Assembly (NCBI GenBank): GCA_963612465.1
Contig: CAVDUV010000006.1
Location: 36,732 to 100,731 of the forward strand
Reading direction: 5' to 3'
Source of the DNA: Bacteroidaceae bacterium
GTDB taxonomy: Bacteria > Bacteroidota > Bacteroidia > Bacteroidales > Muribaculaceae
DNA: 64,000 bases
Part shown: positions 1-8,882 of the stretch, in pieces
Position numbering within the stretch: position 1 is the stretch's first letter
How the letters are laid out: each line of letters begins with the position of its first letter
Notes under the pieces: generated by a model
Seen by the model: only the letters and a program-made list of their open reading frames with translations
The model's database searches: none
What the model was told of the DNA's origin: nothing
Made by a program: the position numbers and the translations under genes

Positions 1-124
1 GCATGGAGGTCGACTCGCGCCGCATAGCAGCCGGCAAAACCACTGTTGACGTGAGCGGTGACGGAATCCAAATTTAGACTATCGCCACTGGTTTGTGAGC
101 ATTAACGAAAAACACTTCGATCAT

Positions 125-685
125 ATGGCAAAACTCCCTTTTTTAAACGACGATTTCGACGACGATTTCACGAAGCCTGAATCGCAGGTAGCTCAGCAGC
201 CCAAACAACCCACTCAAGAAGAGCTGCAGGCGCAGCGCGACGAGGAAGAACTGCGGGAAACCGTGATAGAGCGCCGCCCCAACCGGCTGCGCATCATGCT
301 TGTATGCATCACCGTGGTGGCAGTGGTGTCGGTGGCCGTCTGGCTGTGGCTACGCTATTTTCACCCATATAAAGTGGGGCAGGAGCGCGGCGTGATAATG
401 GAGATGAGCGCCAATGGGCATCTCAAGACCTATGAGGGCAAAATGATGAGCGAGCGTCTCATCGACTCTACTCACATATATCAGACCGATTTCCTTTTCA
501 GCACCACCAACGACTCGGTGGCTGCGCTTGCCTCGCGTCTGGCCGGCACTGGCCGCCGCGTGACGGTGTATTATGAGGAATTCAAGGGACGCCGATTGTG
601 GCGCGGCGAGACTAACCGTTTCGTCACCGCCATTGTGCCCGACGGATGCGACAGTGTGCCGACGACCGCGGGCGCGGGCGAATAA
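125..685 (+). CDS. hypothetical membrane-anchored protein (acidic/Q-rich N-terminus, one TM helix)
   Basis: ORF track 95..685. Position 95 is GTG; the first in-frame ATG is at 125. One hydrophobic helix (LRIMLVCITVVAVVSVAVWLWL). No family recognised. Confidence 0.55.
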   Translation: MAKLPFLNDDFDDDFTKPESQVAQQPKQPTQEELQAQRDEEELRETVIERRPNRLRIMLVCITVVAVVSVAVWLWLRYFHPYKVGQERGVIMEMSANGHLKTYEGKMMSERLIDSTHIYQTDFLFSTTNDSVAALASRLAGTGRRVTVYYEEFKGRRLWRGETNRFVTAIVPDGCDSVPTTAGAGE

Positions 686-810
686 TTGCGGCCAGATGGC
701 GATTTTAAGCACTATTAATAATCGCCATGCGCCTAAATTGAAATCTTTGTCATACTTTTGTGCCGTCTTGCCAGTGTGAGGCAGACAGCAAAAACCGGCA
801 AAGCACAATT

Positions 811-1470
811 ATGAATAGCAAAGTCAGCAAAAAAATATTGATGTTTGTGATAGCTGCCGTGGCAGTCATTGCAAGCCACTCACAGGCGGCAGCACAAGAC
901 GCGGGCTCGGTGGGTGCGGCATTGCCGTCGGCTCTGCGCAACGTCTACTATGGCCGTTACCACTTTGTGGACAAGGTGAGCGGCGACACCTTGCTGATGC
1001 TTGTGCTCAACACCATCACCATCTATCCGCCCGAGCGTTTCCGCAACAGTGCCGAGGAGCAATTCTACTGGCGCACGGTGCGCGACGTGAAGCGCACGCT
1101 CCCCTATGCCAAGCTCATCAATTCCACGTTGCAGGAAACTTATGAATATCTCGAGACTTATGCCACCAAACAGCAGAAGGAGCAGTACTTGAAACAGTTT
1201 GAGAAGGAGATATTCAACCAGTACAAGCCCGAGATGAAAAAGATGACCAGAAGTCAGGGTAAGATGATGATTAAGCTCATCAATCGCGAGACCAATCAAA
1301 ATTCCTACAACATAGTCAAGGCTTTCTTGGGCACTTTCCGTGCAGGCTTTTGGCAGACTTTCGGTCGCTTCTTCGGTGTGAACATGAAGACGGGCTATGA
1401 TCCGCAACACGACCATAACGATGCCATGATTGAGCGCATTTGCATCCGTGTGGAGCAGGGCACTATCTAG
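811..1470 (+). CDS. secreted protein, DUF4294-like
   Basis: ORF 760..1470. In-frame ATG at 811 gives the signal peptide MNSKVSKKILMFVIAAVAVIASHSQA. The body resembles the Bacteroidetes DUF4294 family from memory. Confidence 0.6.
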   Translation: MNSKVSKKILMFVIAAVAVIASHSQAAAQDAGSVGAALPSALRNVYYGRYHFVDKVSGDTLLMLVLNTITIYPPERFRNSAEEQFYWRTVRDVKRTLPYAKLINSTLQETYEYLETYATKQQKEQYLKQFEKEIFNQYKPEMKKMTRSQGKMMIKLINRETNQNSYNIVKAFLGTFRAGFWQTFGRFFGVNMKTGYDPQHDHNDAMIERICIRVEQGTI

Positions 1471-1648
1471 TGGCTTCCTTCACCTTTTTAGGTGCATAAG
1501 GGTGTGATTTTCCCCAATAGTTGGACATTAAAATGCACTGGCAATTACTTGATTGTCAGTTGTCGCTTGCGGTTTTATGCGCTGTGTGAGGTCGTTGAAG
1601 TGTTAAAAAGCACCTGGAAACCATACGCATTAACACATTTTAGTATTA

Positions 1649-1657
1649 CCCCCCCCC
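1649..1657. repeat. C9 homopolymer tract (intergenic)
   Basis: Nine consecutive C counted directly (tattaCCCCCCCCCattttt). Confidence 0.95.
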
Positions 1658-1958
1658 ATTTTTAACAAATTAGAACTAATTTTGAGGCGTCGATTCCTGC
1701 TGACGGTTGTCCCCCATGCTTGGCGTGCGGATAATCGGTTTGTCTTGCACTTGGCAAATGCGTGAATCGGCTATATCATTACTGCCTCTCTCTGGAGGCT
1801 CTAATGCCAATGCCATGAGCCATCTTGTGATGCAAGATGGGATTTTAGCGTTCACCCTTATGGGAAAGATAGTATTGTAATGAAATGATGTAACTCCACA
1901 CCGTTTGTGGCGCATGTTGATGGCGCAAGCCTCTGATATGCGCCGCAAATGTTTTGTG

Positions 1959-2140
1959 ACTACCGTTGCCTGTGGCGAAAGTAGGCTGCGCCTCGGCAAT
2001 GAGCAAATTCATACAAGTCCGATTTGTCATTGCGCTCGGCTTGCACTACCGTTGCCTGTGGCGAAAGTAGGTTGCGCCTCGGCAAAGGGCAAATTCGTAC
2101 AAGTCCGATTTGCCATTGCGCTCGGCTTGCACTACCTTTG
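1959..2140. repeat. 86-bp tandem repeat, 2 full copies plus about 10 nt of a third
   Basis: Copies start at 1959, 2045 and 2131. There are 5 substitutions between the two full copies. Each copy contains an imperfect hairpin (gcaatgagcaaat ... atttgtcattgc). Confidence 0.9.
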
Positions 2141-2165
2141 TGGGCAAGAAAAAACGGAGAATAGA

Positions 2166-2672
2166 ATGATGAGAATGAACGGCAAGTGCATATTGCATTG
2201 CATGGCCATAGCCGCTTTAGTGTCATTGGCTTCATGCCATAGCACCGAAGCTAACTACAAGGCCGCCTACGACAAGGCTGTGGACCGCACTAAAGACGGT
2301 GTGGGACTTGAGGTGTATAACAAGGTGCTCGAGGAGCGCAACCGCGACAACTATATTGTGAACGGTGACAGCCTGCGCATGGTGCTCGACCGGTGCAACA
2401 TTGTCGACGGCAAACCCGATGAGGTGAGGCCCTATGGCGTGGTGGTGGCTGAATTCAAGCAGAAGTTCAATGCCACGAGTCTGCGCAACCGCTTGCGCAC
2501 CGAGGAAAAGCTCCCGGCTTATGTGGTGTTCACTGGCAGCGAGCAAAAGTATTGTGTGGTGGCAAGTGGCTTTGACGATGCCACCGATGCTGCTGCTTTT
2601 GTGAAAAACATAGGCAAAAAAATGAAAATAAAGCCCCTTGTGCCTAAAGTATGGGTGCTTCAGAGAATTTAG
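2166..2672 (+). CDS. lipoprotein with SPOR-like C-terminal domain
   Basis: ORF 1905..2672. In-frame ATG at 2166 gives MMRMNGKCILHCMAIAALVSLASC (lipobox). The C-terminal part (YVVFTGSEQKYCVVASGFDDATDAAAFVKNI) looks SPOR-like. Confidence 0.55.
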   Translation: MMRMNGKCILHCMAIAALVSLASCHSTEANYKAAYDKAVDRTKDGVGLEVYNKVLEERNRDNYIVNGDSLRMVLDRCNIVDGKPDEVRPYGVVVAEFKQKFNATSLRNRLRTEEKLPAYVVFTGSEQKYCVVASGFDDATDAAAFVKNIGKKMKIKPLVPKVWVLQRI

Positions 2673-3331
2673 CCGAACTTAAGTGCGTCTGGAAACTCGG
2701 ATTTGGTGACGACGACGGGTGGATTAATGGCTTTTTTGAGCATTACCACACGGCGGGTGACTGCTATGTGTGGCGCGACAGCCAAGGCCACATAGTGGCA
2801 CAGATGCATGCATTGCCCACGAGTGTGGGAGGGGTCTACATCTATGGTGTGACCACACATCCCGCATGGCGTGGACGTGGCATTGCAAGGGCCTTGATGG
2901 CCGAGGCATTGTGCGACTTGGCAACGCGTGGTGTGCCTTATGCAATGCTGATTGCCCAGGAGCCGTCGCTGCGCCGGTGGTATGAGGGCATGGGGTTCTG
3001 CTTGGGGACTGAAGCCGTGGATGTGGTGGGCTATGACGGCGAGTGCTTGGGTAACGATGATCCTGCGCTCAATTTGCCCATGGTCAGGGTGGTGAATGCA
3101 CAGCGCTATGTGGCTGCCGGAATCGGTTGTGGGCAGTGTGGACTGAAGTTGCCGTTTCACCTGAGCGACGGCATGATTCCCGGCAATGACGGGGTGTTTA
3201 CTCCCGATGGCCGTTTCTTGCCGGGAGAAATGCTCCCGGGAGTGCCAGACCTTTTGCCGATAGAAGTAGCAAGGGCGTTGCCTGTGCCACTGTCGGGGCG
3301 AATAGATGTCATTGACCCTCGCGGCCTGTAA
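2651..3331 (+). CDS. GNAT family N-acetyltransferase
   Basis: Acetyl-CoA binding motif region VTTHPAWRGRGIARALMAEAL. Overlaps the upstream gene by 22 nt. Confidence 0.7.
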   Translation: MGASENLAELKCVWKLGFGDDDGWINGFFEHYHTAGDCYVWRDSQGHIVAQMHALPTSVGGVYIYGVTTHPAWRGRGIARALMAEALCDLATRGVPYAMLIAQEPSLRRWYEGMGFCLGTEAVDVVGYDGECLGNDDPALNLPMVRVVNAQRYVAAGIGCGQCGLKLPFHLSDGMIPGNDGVFTPDGRFLPGEMLPGVPDLLPIEVARALPVPLSGRIDVIDPRGL

Positions 3332-3445
3332 AGTGCCGATCCAATGTGGGTTACTCACCGCATTGTGCCCGTTGTGGCTGTATGGAATAAATCTGCAATC
3401 AATATAAATTCAGTAATGTGTAATCAAGAAAATTCTGCCGGCAAG

Positions 3446-4615
3446 ATGCCTTTGGCCAAGTGGTTGCCGCTTCTTGGCTTGACGTGTGCCGCTTTTGTGT
3501 TCAATACCTCGGAATTTGTCCCCATTGGCTTGCTGACCGACATTGCCGCCGACTTCTCCCTTACCGAAGCCCGTGCGGGCCTGCTGATATCGGTTTATGC
3601 CTGGGTGGTGATGCTGCTGTCGCTGCCGCTGATGATACTCGCCTCGCGCTTCGACTTGCGCCGGCTCATGCTGTGGATGGTGGGACTCTTTTCGGTGTTT
3701 CAGGTGTGCTCGTTTCTATCGGTAAGTTATGGCACACTGATGCTGTCGCGCATCGGGGTTGCCTGCACCCACTCGGTGTTTTGGTCGATAGTCTCGCCCA
3801 TGGCGGTGCGCATGGTGCCGCAGCGTTATCGCCAGTTGGCCTTAAGTCTGATTGTGACTGGCACGTCGGTGGCAATGATTTTCGGCCTGCCGCTTGGGCG
3901 TGTTGTGGGATTGCTTGTGGGGTGGCGCATGACCTTTTTGGGCGTGGGCATTGTGGGCGCTGTCACGTTTGTGTATCTGCTTGTCACCCTCCCGTCGCTG
4001 CCCAGTGTCGACCGTTTCAGGTTTGGCCAGTTTCCTGCATTGCTGCGCAACCGCACCCTGGTGGGTATATGGCTGTTCTCGTTTGTGCTGGCTACTGCCT
4101 ACTACACAGGCTACAGCTACATAGAGCCGTTTCTTGGGCAAGTGGCCCACTTCAGCAGCGGCATGGTTACTGCAGTGCTGATGATGTTTGGCGGTGCGGG
4201 CATCTTTGGCAGCATGGCTTTCTCGAAATTCTATGTGCGCTACCGCTGCGGCTTTGTGAGCATTGCTACACTGGCAATGGCTGCCGCGCTATTTATGTTG
4301 TGGCCGCTGGCATGCTCTGTGGTTGCGGTGGTGGCACTGTGCGCCATGTGGGGCGCAAGCGCCACGGCATTTAATGTGGCCATGCAGTCGGAGGTGATCA
4401 ATGTGTCGACGGCCGAATCCACATCGGTGGCTATGTCGGTATTTTCGGGCATTTTCAATCTGGGTATAGGATTGGGCGCATTGGCCGGTGGGGCAGTGTG
4501 CACGCTGCTGTCGATTTCGTGGATAGGCATTGCCGGCGGTGTGATTGCCGTGGTGGCTTGGGGGTTCTGGCAGTGCGACTTGTCGCGGCGCTTGCGGTTG
4601 CTGCACAAGCGCTGA
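3446..4615 (+). CDS. MFS transporter (sugar-efflux-like)
   Basis: About 12 hydrophobic helices. N-terminus MPLAKWLPLLGLTCAAFVFNTSEFVPIGLL resembles SotB/YdeA-type MFS. Alternative in-frame starts at 3416 and 3344. Confidence 0.8.
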   Translation: MPLAKWLPLLGLTCAAFVFNTSEFVPIGLLTDIAADFSLTEARAGLLISVYAWVVMLLSLPLMILASRFDLRRLMLWMVGLFSVFQVCSFLSVSYGTLMLSRIGVACTHSVFWSIVSPMAVRMVPQRYRQLALSLIVTGTSVAMIFGLPLGRVVGLLVGWRMTFLGVGIVGAVTFVYLLVTLPSLPSVDRFRFGQFPALLRNRTLVGIWLFSFVLATAYYTGYSYIEPFLGQVAHFSSGMVTAVLMMFGGAGIFGSMAFSKFYVRYRCGFVSIATLAMAAALFMLWPLACSVVAVVALCAMWGASATAFNVAMQSEVINVSTAESTSVAMSVFSGIFNLGIGLGALAGGAVCTLLSISWIGIAGGVIAVVAWGFWQCDLSRRLRLLHKR

Positions 4616-4650
4616 TGCGTGGCTGAGCCTTCAATAGACAAAATAAAAAC

Positions 4651-4679
4651 AAAGGCCCGGAACTCATTTCCGGGCCTTT
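4651..4679. terminator. bidirectional hairpin terminator between convergent genes
   Basis: aaaggcccgga / tccgggccttt form an 11-bp stem flanked by A and T runs. Confidence 0.7.
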
Positions 4680-4713
4680 GTGCTGTTATGAAAAGCCTGT
4701 TGCTGCGTGTGGA

Positions 4714-6048
4714 TTATAGTCCCACCGACAGTGATGTGTAGTAGCGGCCGCCTTCGCTGCTGAGGTTGAGGGTCACATATCCCCGTCCATCGCCGCCATA
4801 CCATGAGATGCACATTGAGCTGCCGCCGTTGTAACCTATGGGTTGCCCGTAGGTGGCGCAAAGGTCGCGGTATATGCGGTTGTAGCGGCTGCGGTCGTAG
4901 TATGGGGTTGAGTATACGAACTGTGCGTAGTTGAAGCCGCTGTAGGGGTCATAGCTCATCATCACGTCGGGCCAGGTGAAACTCAGTAGTGGCACGTTGC
5001 GCAGATACACCACGTTGTCATAGTATCCGTCGATGTCATATCCCTTATAATACAGGAAGTTGAGGGCCGAGTTGGCGAGAGTTCCGAAGTCAACTCCAAG
5101 GATGCTCACGATTGATGGTGCGCCATAGTATGGGCGGTAGCTTGCCGGAACAGTAGGGCGGTAGTACCAGATGCGCTCGGGCCGATAGGCTCTTGCGGGC
5201 GGCATCACGGGTCGGCGCCAGTCGTTGTTGCGGTAGTTCCAGAAGAAACGGTCGTTGTTGCTCCTTGGACGCATGTTCCCGTCGTAGCGGTAGCGGTCAT
5301 ACTTGTTGCTGCCGTTGTTGTAGCTGTAGTTGTTGGGACGGTTGTTGTTTGGGCGGTAGTTGCCAGTGTATCCGTAGTTGTTGCCGGGGCGGCGTCCGTC
5401 GCTGTAGTTGTAGCTGTTGCCAGGGCGGTTGCTGTTGTTATTGCCGTAGTTGTAATTGTTATTGTTGCCTGTGTTCCCGTTATTGCCGGTGTTGGGCTTG
5501 AAGCCGGTGTATCCGTTGTTGCCGGGACGCCGTCCGTTGTTGCCCGAATTACTGTTCGAGACCTCGTTGCGCACGGTGGCTGAGCGGTGGTTAACGCTGT
5601 TGTTGGCGTTGGTGGTGGCACTGTTGGCCCCTGGCCAGTAATTGATTGTCGGCTGAGTGCTGCGTCGGTCGGTGGTGGTGCTTTGGCTACCTATGTTGTC
5701 GGCGTTTCTGTTGGTGGTGGTAGCCGATGCCGGCATCCGGCCGTTGTTGTTGACCGAAACTGTGTTGCGCCGCTCGTTGGCCGAGCTCGACGAAGTGAAG
5801 CGTCCTACGCTGCTTGAGCTTGAGGTTGAGGCTGATGCTCGGCGGCTGTTGTCGAACTGGGTTGCCGACGGGGAGGCGTTGACTGCCTGGCGGGGTGCTG
5901 TCGCTTGGCTGCTTCCGCGGTGGCCGGTCACATTTTGCGGGCCGTTACCGCCTGCCGATATTCTTCCCTGTGCCGTCATTGCCGGCGATGCCATCATGCT
6001 GCCCAGCAGCATTGCGCAAATCATTAAGTTGTTAGTGGTGCGTTTCAT
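4714..6048 (-). CDS. secreted low-complexity (S/T then N/G/Y/R-rich) protein with globular C-terminal domain
   Basis: ORF 4714..6156. In-frame ATG at 6048 gives the signal peptide MKRTTNNLMICAMLLGSMMASPAMTAQG. Long N-, G-, Y-, R-rich stretch. No family recognised. Confidence 0.65.
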   Translation of the reverse strand: MKRTTNNLMICAMLLGSMMASPAMTAQGRISAGGNGPQNVTGHRGSSQATAPRQAVNASPSATQFDNSRRASASTSSSSSVGRFTSSSSANERRNTVSVNNNGRMPASATTTNRNADNIGSQSTTTDRRSTQPTINYWPGANSATTNANNSVNHRSATVRNEVSNSNSGNNGRRPGNNGYTGFKPNTGNNGNTGNNNNYNYGNNNSNRPGNSYNYSDGRRPGNNYGYTGNYRPNNNRPNNYSYNNGSNKYDRYRYDGNMRPRSNNDRFFWNYRNNDWRRPVMPPARAYRPERIWYYRPTVPASYRPYYGAPSIVSILGVDFGTLANSALNFLYYKGYDIDGYYDNVVYLRNVPLLSFTWPDVMMSYDPYSGFNYAQFVYSTPYYDRSRYNRIYRDLCATYGQPIGYNGGSSMCISWYGGDGRGYVTLNLSSEGGRYYTSLSVGL

Positions 6049-6173
6049 AACAGTATGCTTTTTGTTGATTATCAAATAAGTGTTTAACTTTTTCGTTTGC
6101 TTCTTTGACTTTTTGCCGGCTACTCGGTTTAATCGGTCGTTGCCGTGATAGACCAACGCGCTGTTTTTGCCGA

Positions 6174-6626
6174 CTAATGCCGTTCCTTAGCCTTGCACTC
6201 AGCGCACAGACCCTTGAGCACGTAGTTGATGCTGTGCACTTCGAAGTTGCCAGTAAGGGTGGCCACCGGCACATGGATGCTTTTCAGGCAGAACGTGCGG
6301 TGGCAACGCTCGCAATAGAAGTGTGCATGCATGTCGTCGGTGTCGCCGTCTTCCTCGCCGCAATGGCAGTTGTTGGCGCATACAGCATATTTCAGGGAGC
6401 CCGATCCGTCGTCGATGGCGTGGATTAAGTGGTGGGTGAGAAATAGCATTATGGTGCGGTAGATGGTCGACTTGTCCACGGTGTCGAGGTCGTATTCCAG
6501 ACTTTGCAGCGAAAAGGCATCTTTGCGGGCCATCATGGCCTTGAGAATGAGAATCCTTAGGGCCGTCGGCTTAATGTCGCGCAATGCGAGCTTGTGTAGA
6601 TACACGTCGGTTTGTCCTGTTTCCAT
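6174..6626 (-). CDS. Fur family transcriptional repressor
   Basis: Winged-helix region (TALRILILKAM ... STIYRTIMLF). Metal sites HHLIH, CxxC pairs (CANNCHC, CERCH, CAEC). ATG at 6626 checked in frame. Confidence 0.85.
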   Translation of the reverse strand: METGQTDVYLHKLALRDIKPTALRILILKAMMARKDAFSLQSLEYDLDTVDKSTIYRTIMLFLTHHLIHAIDDGSGSLKYAVCANNCHCGEEDGDTDDMHAHFYCERCHRTFCLKSIHVPVATLTGNFEVHSINYVLKGLCAECKAKERH

Positions 6627-6738
6627 TGTGGCTGGCCAAGGGCCGCTTGTGGCCTCAAGGCATTGCGCAAAAATAGTAAATATTGCTGATATTTGCCAAT
6701 CGGCGCGGGGTGCCGAAGCGCGCTTGCCCCGGAGGGGG

Positions 6739-8208
6739 CTATTTATGCTCAAGCGGGCAATTCACTAAATACAGGTGCTTGCGGGCACGGGTCATTGCCG
6801 TGTAGAGCCATCGCATGAAGTCGAGTGAACTTAGCGCGTCGGGCATAATCGAGCCCATGTCGACAAACACGTTTTGCCACTGGCCGCCTTGGGCTTTGTG
6901 GCAGGTTACGGCATAGGCAAACTTCACTTGCAGGGCATTGAAATAAGGATTGGCCTTGAGGGCGCGGTAACGGCTGCGTTTGTCCCCGGTCATTTCGGCC
7001 ATCAGCTCGTTGTACAGGCGGTCGCTTTGCTCGCGGGTGAGTGCAGGGGTGTCGCTGAACAGGCTATCGAGAATCACCTTGGCGTCGACCTCAATGCCGC
7101 CGTGGTCGGGAAACTCAAGTGTGACTTGGGCAAACCGCAGGCCATAGCGTAGCTCCACCTCGCCCCACACCCGCTGCACACGAGCCACGTCGCCATTGGC
7201 GATGAAGTCGATTTCTTTGTAGTCGGCAGCCCAGTGGTAGTTGTTTTTTGTCACTAGCAGCATGTCGCCGTGGGTGAGTTCCTCGTCGCGAAACAGAATT
7301 TGGTTGCGTATGGCCCCGTTGAACAGTTTGGCTCTGCGGTTGCTGCGCGTGATTATTATGGTGTCGTCTTGCCCGCAACTGTCGTAGCTGTCGCTGATTT
7401 TTTCGAGCAGGTACTCGCCGGTCACGGTTTCCACGTCGTCAAATTGCTGCAATTCTATAACCGGCGGCACCGTCTCGGCCGTGGTGAGCATGCGTCTCAC
7501 GGTGGTTGCGTTATACAGGATGCCGCTTTGTGCCGCTTGCCGGGCAATTTGTGTCAGCCAGATGTCGTATACGCTGAGGCCGTAACCACTCAGCACTTGG
7601 GCTTTCAGTGCCGGACTGTCGGTCTGGCCCACCGGCGGCAACTGGGCCGAGTCGCCCATCAGCACCAAGCGGCAGTTGCTTTGCCCGTTGGCGTAGACGT
7701 ATCCCACCAGGTCGTCAAGCAGTCGTCCTGTTCCGAATGCGGAACCGTCAAGTCCTGGCGAGTTAGATATCATCGATGCTTCGTCGACGATAAACAAAGT
7801 GTCGGTGTGCTTGTTGTCGGCAAGGGAAAAAGCTTGGTCGAGGTAGCTGTTTTGGCGGTAGATTTTGCGGTGAATGGTGAAGGCCGTGTGGCCTGAATAG
7901 TCGCTGAACACTTGTGCTGCGCGTCCCGTTGGTGCCAGCAGCACAGATTTCGAGCCGCGCCGGGTGAGGGCTTTCACAATCGCGCCTGTGAGGCTCGTTT
8001 TTCCGGTACCGGCATAACCGTTGAGCAAAAACACGGCTTTGGGACCGCCGTATAGCATGAAGTGTGCAAATGCGGCAATCATGGTCACTTGGTCGTTGTT
8101 GGGCTCATATGGAAGGAGGTCCATCACGTCGAGGGCAAAGTCGCGGATGGCTTTGTCGTCGCGCCCGATTGCGCTTGGGGTGGCATTATGGCTCGAATTT
8201 TCTTCCAT
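6739..8208 (-). CDS. RecD/PIF1-like ATP-dependent DNA helicase (AAA_30 / UvrD_C_2 type)
   Basis: Walker A GYAGTGKTS, Walker B/motif II FIVDEASMIS, LMGDSAQLPPV, C-terminal AVTCHKAQGGQW. Confidence 0.85.
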   Translation of the reverse strand: MEENSSHNATPSAIGRDDKAIRDFALDVMDLLPYEPNNDQVTMIAAFAHFMLYGGPKAVFLLNGYAGTGKTSLTGAIVKALTRRGSKSVLLAPTGRAAQVFSDYSGHTAFTIHRKIYRQNSYLDQAFSLADNKHTDTLFIVDEASMISNSPGLDGSAFGTGRLLDDLVGYVYANGQSNCRLVLMGDSAQLPPVGQTDSPALKAQVLSGYGLSVYDIWLTQIARQAAQSGILYNATTVRRMLTTAETVPPVIELQQFDDVETVTGEYLLEKISDSYDSCGQDDTIIITRSNRRAKLFNGAIRNQILFRDEELTHGDMLLVTKNNYHWAADYKEIDFIANGDVARVQRVWGEVELRYGLRFAQVTLEFPDHGGIEVDAKVILDSLFSDTPALTREQSDRLYNELMAEMTGDKRSRYRALKANPYFNALQVKFAYAVTCHKAQGGQWQNVFVDMGSIMPDALSSLDFMRWLYTAMTRARKHLYLVNCPLEHK

Positions 8209-8295
8209 ATCACAAAATTACTCACAAATTCCGATGATTGGCAAAAAATCATTATCTTTGTGTCCGCAATGCTTTGAAGCATGCGGTGAAATCAT

Positions 8296-8383
8296 GGAGT
8301 GATGCTCGAGTGGTTGAAGAGGCACGCCTGGAAAGCGTGTATACGTCAAAAGCGTATCGGGGGTTCGAATCCCCCTCACTCCG
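8296..8383 (+). tRNA. tRNA-Ser (anticodon GGA)
   Basis: Hand-folded. Acceptor ggagtga/tcactcc. Anticodon stem cacgc/gcgtg with loop ctGGAaa. Long variable arm atacg..cgtat. T arm ggggg-ttcgaat-ccccc. No encoded CCA. Confidence 0.9.
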
Positions 8384-8389
8384 CTCAGG

Positions 8390-8425
8390 CGCGCTTGGCC
8401 TCGATAGGCTGAGCGCGTTTTTTTT
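8390..8425 (+). terminator. rho-independent terminator after tRNA-Ser
   Basis: Stem cgcgct...agcgcg with an inner gcct/aggc pair, followed by T8. Confidence 0.75.
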
Positions 8426-8468
8426 ATTGTGTGAAAACATGGTGGGCGGCACAGTGGGGCGCGCAGAT

Positions 8469-8516
8469 GAAACAAAAACAAAACGGGAGGAAATCCATTC
8501 GGACTTTCTCCCGTTT
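8469..8516 (-). terminator. rho-independent terminator after the tRNA-Asn pair
   Basis: Stem aaacgggag / ctcccgttt. On the minus strand it is followed by a T-rich run (ttttgtttttgttt). Confidence 0.7.
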
Positions 8517-8517
8517 G

Positions 8518-8591
8518 CGCTTCAAGATGGACTTGAACCAACGACCCCATGATTAACAGTCATGTGCTCTAACCAACTGAGCTATTGAAGC
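8518..8591 (-). tRNA. tRNA-Asn (anticodon GTT), copy 1
   Basis: Reverse complement gcttcaatagctcagttggttagagcacatgactGTTaatcatggggtcgttggttcaagtccatcttgaagcg. Acceptor gcttcaa/ttgaagc. Anticodon loop ctGTTaa. One T-T mismatch in the T stem. Confidence 0.85.
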
Positions 8592-8623
8592 AGGTTGATA
8601 TTTGTTTTGTCTTATTATTCTTG

Positions 8624-8697
8624 CGCTTCAAGATGGACTTGAACCAACGACCCCATGATTAACAGTCATGTGCTCTAACCAACTGAGCTATTGAAGC
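8624..8697 (-). tRNA. tRNA-Asn (anticodon GTT), copy 2
   Basis: Identical 74-nt sequence, 32 nt upstream of copy 1. Confidence 0.85.
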
Positions 8698-8882
8698 AAG
8701 ATGTATTAGCAACCGCTCGGCAACCTTTCCGAGAATTGCGTTGCAAAAGTAACTTGATATTTTGATATATGCAACGTTTTGGCCGAAAATGTTGCTAAAA
8801 AAGTGCGTTTTTCACAATTTTATCAATGCGCAACACCGTTAATTCACGTTTTAGTAGTACTTTCGCACTAAAATCCAGTAAG

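Noticed and set aside
1-77. Open frame entering from the window start and ending at TAG 75-77 (…MEVDSRRIAAGKTTVDVSGDGIQI).
   Set aside because: Only about 24 codons are visible, which is too short to identify. It is probably the 3' end of an upstream gene.
1676-1999. 107-aa minus-strand ORF in the 1471-2165 spacer, and the question of whether the spacer hides a known ncRNA.
   Set aside because: The ORF has no convincing features. I could not recognise RNase P, tmRNA, SRP or 6S signatures by eye. A covariance-model scan (Rfam/Infernal) would be needed.
3460-4374. 304-aa alternative-frame ORF inside the MFS transporter gene.
   Set aside because: Same-strand frame-shifted ORF with an Arg/Cys/Gly-rich translation. 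The overlapping frame gives a clean 12-helix MFS protein.
5193-5621. Cys-rich (5193..5501 +) and Thr/Ala-rich (5205..5621 -) ORFs within the low-complexity gene.
   Set aside because: They are by-products of the repetitive AAC/GGC/TAC-type codon composition of the N/G/Y-rich region. They have no start context or signal peptide.
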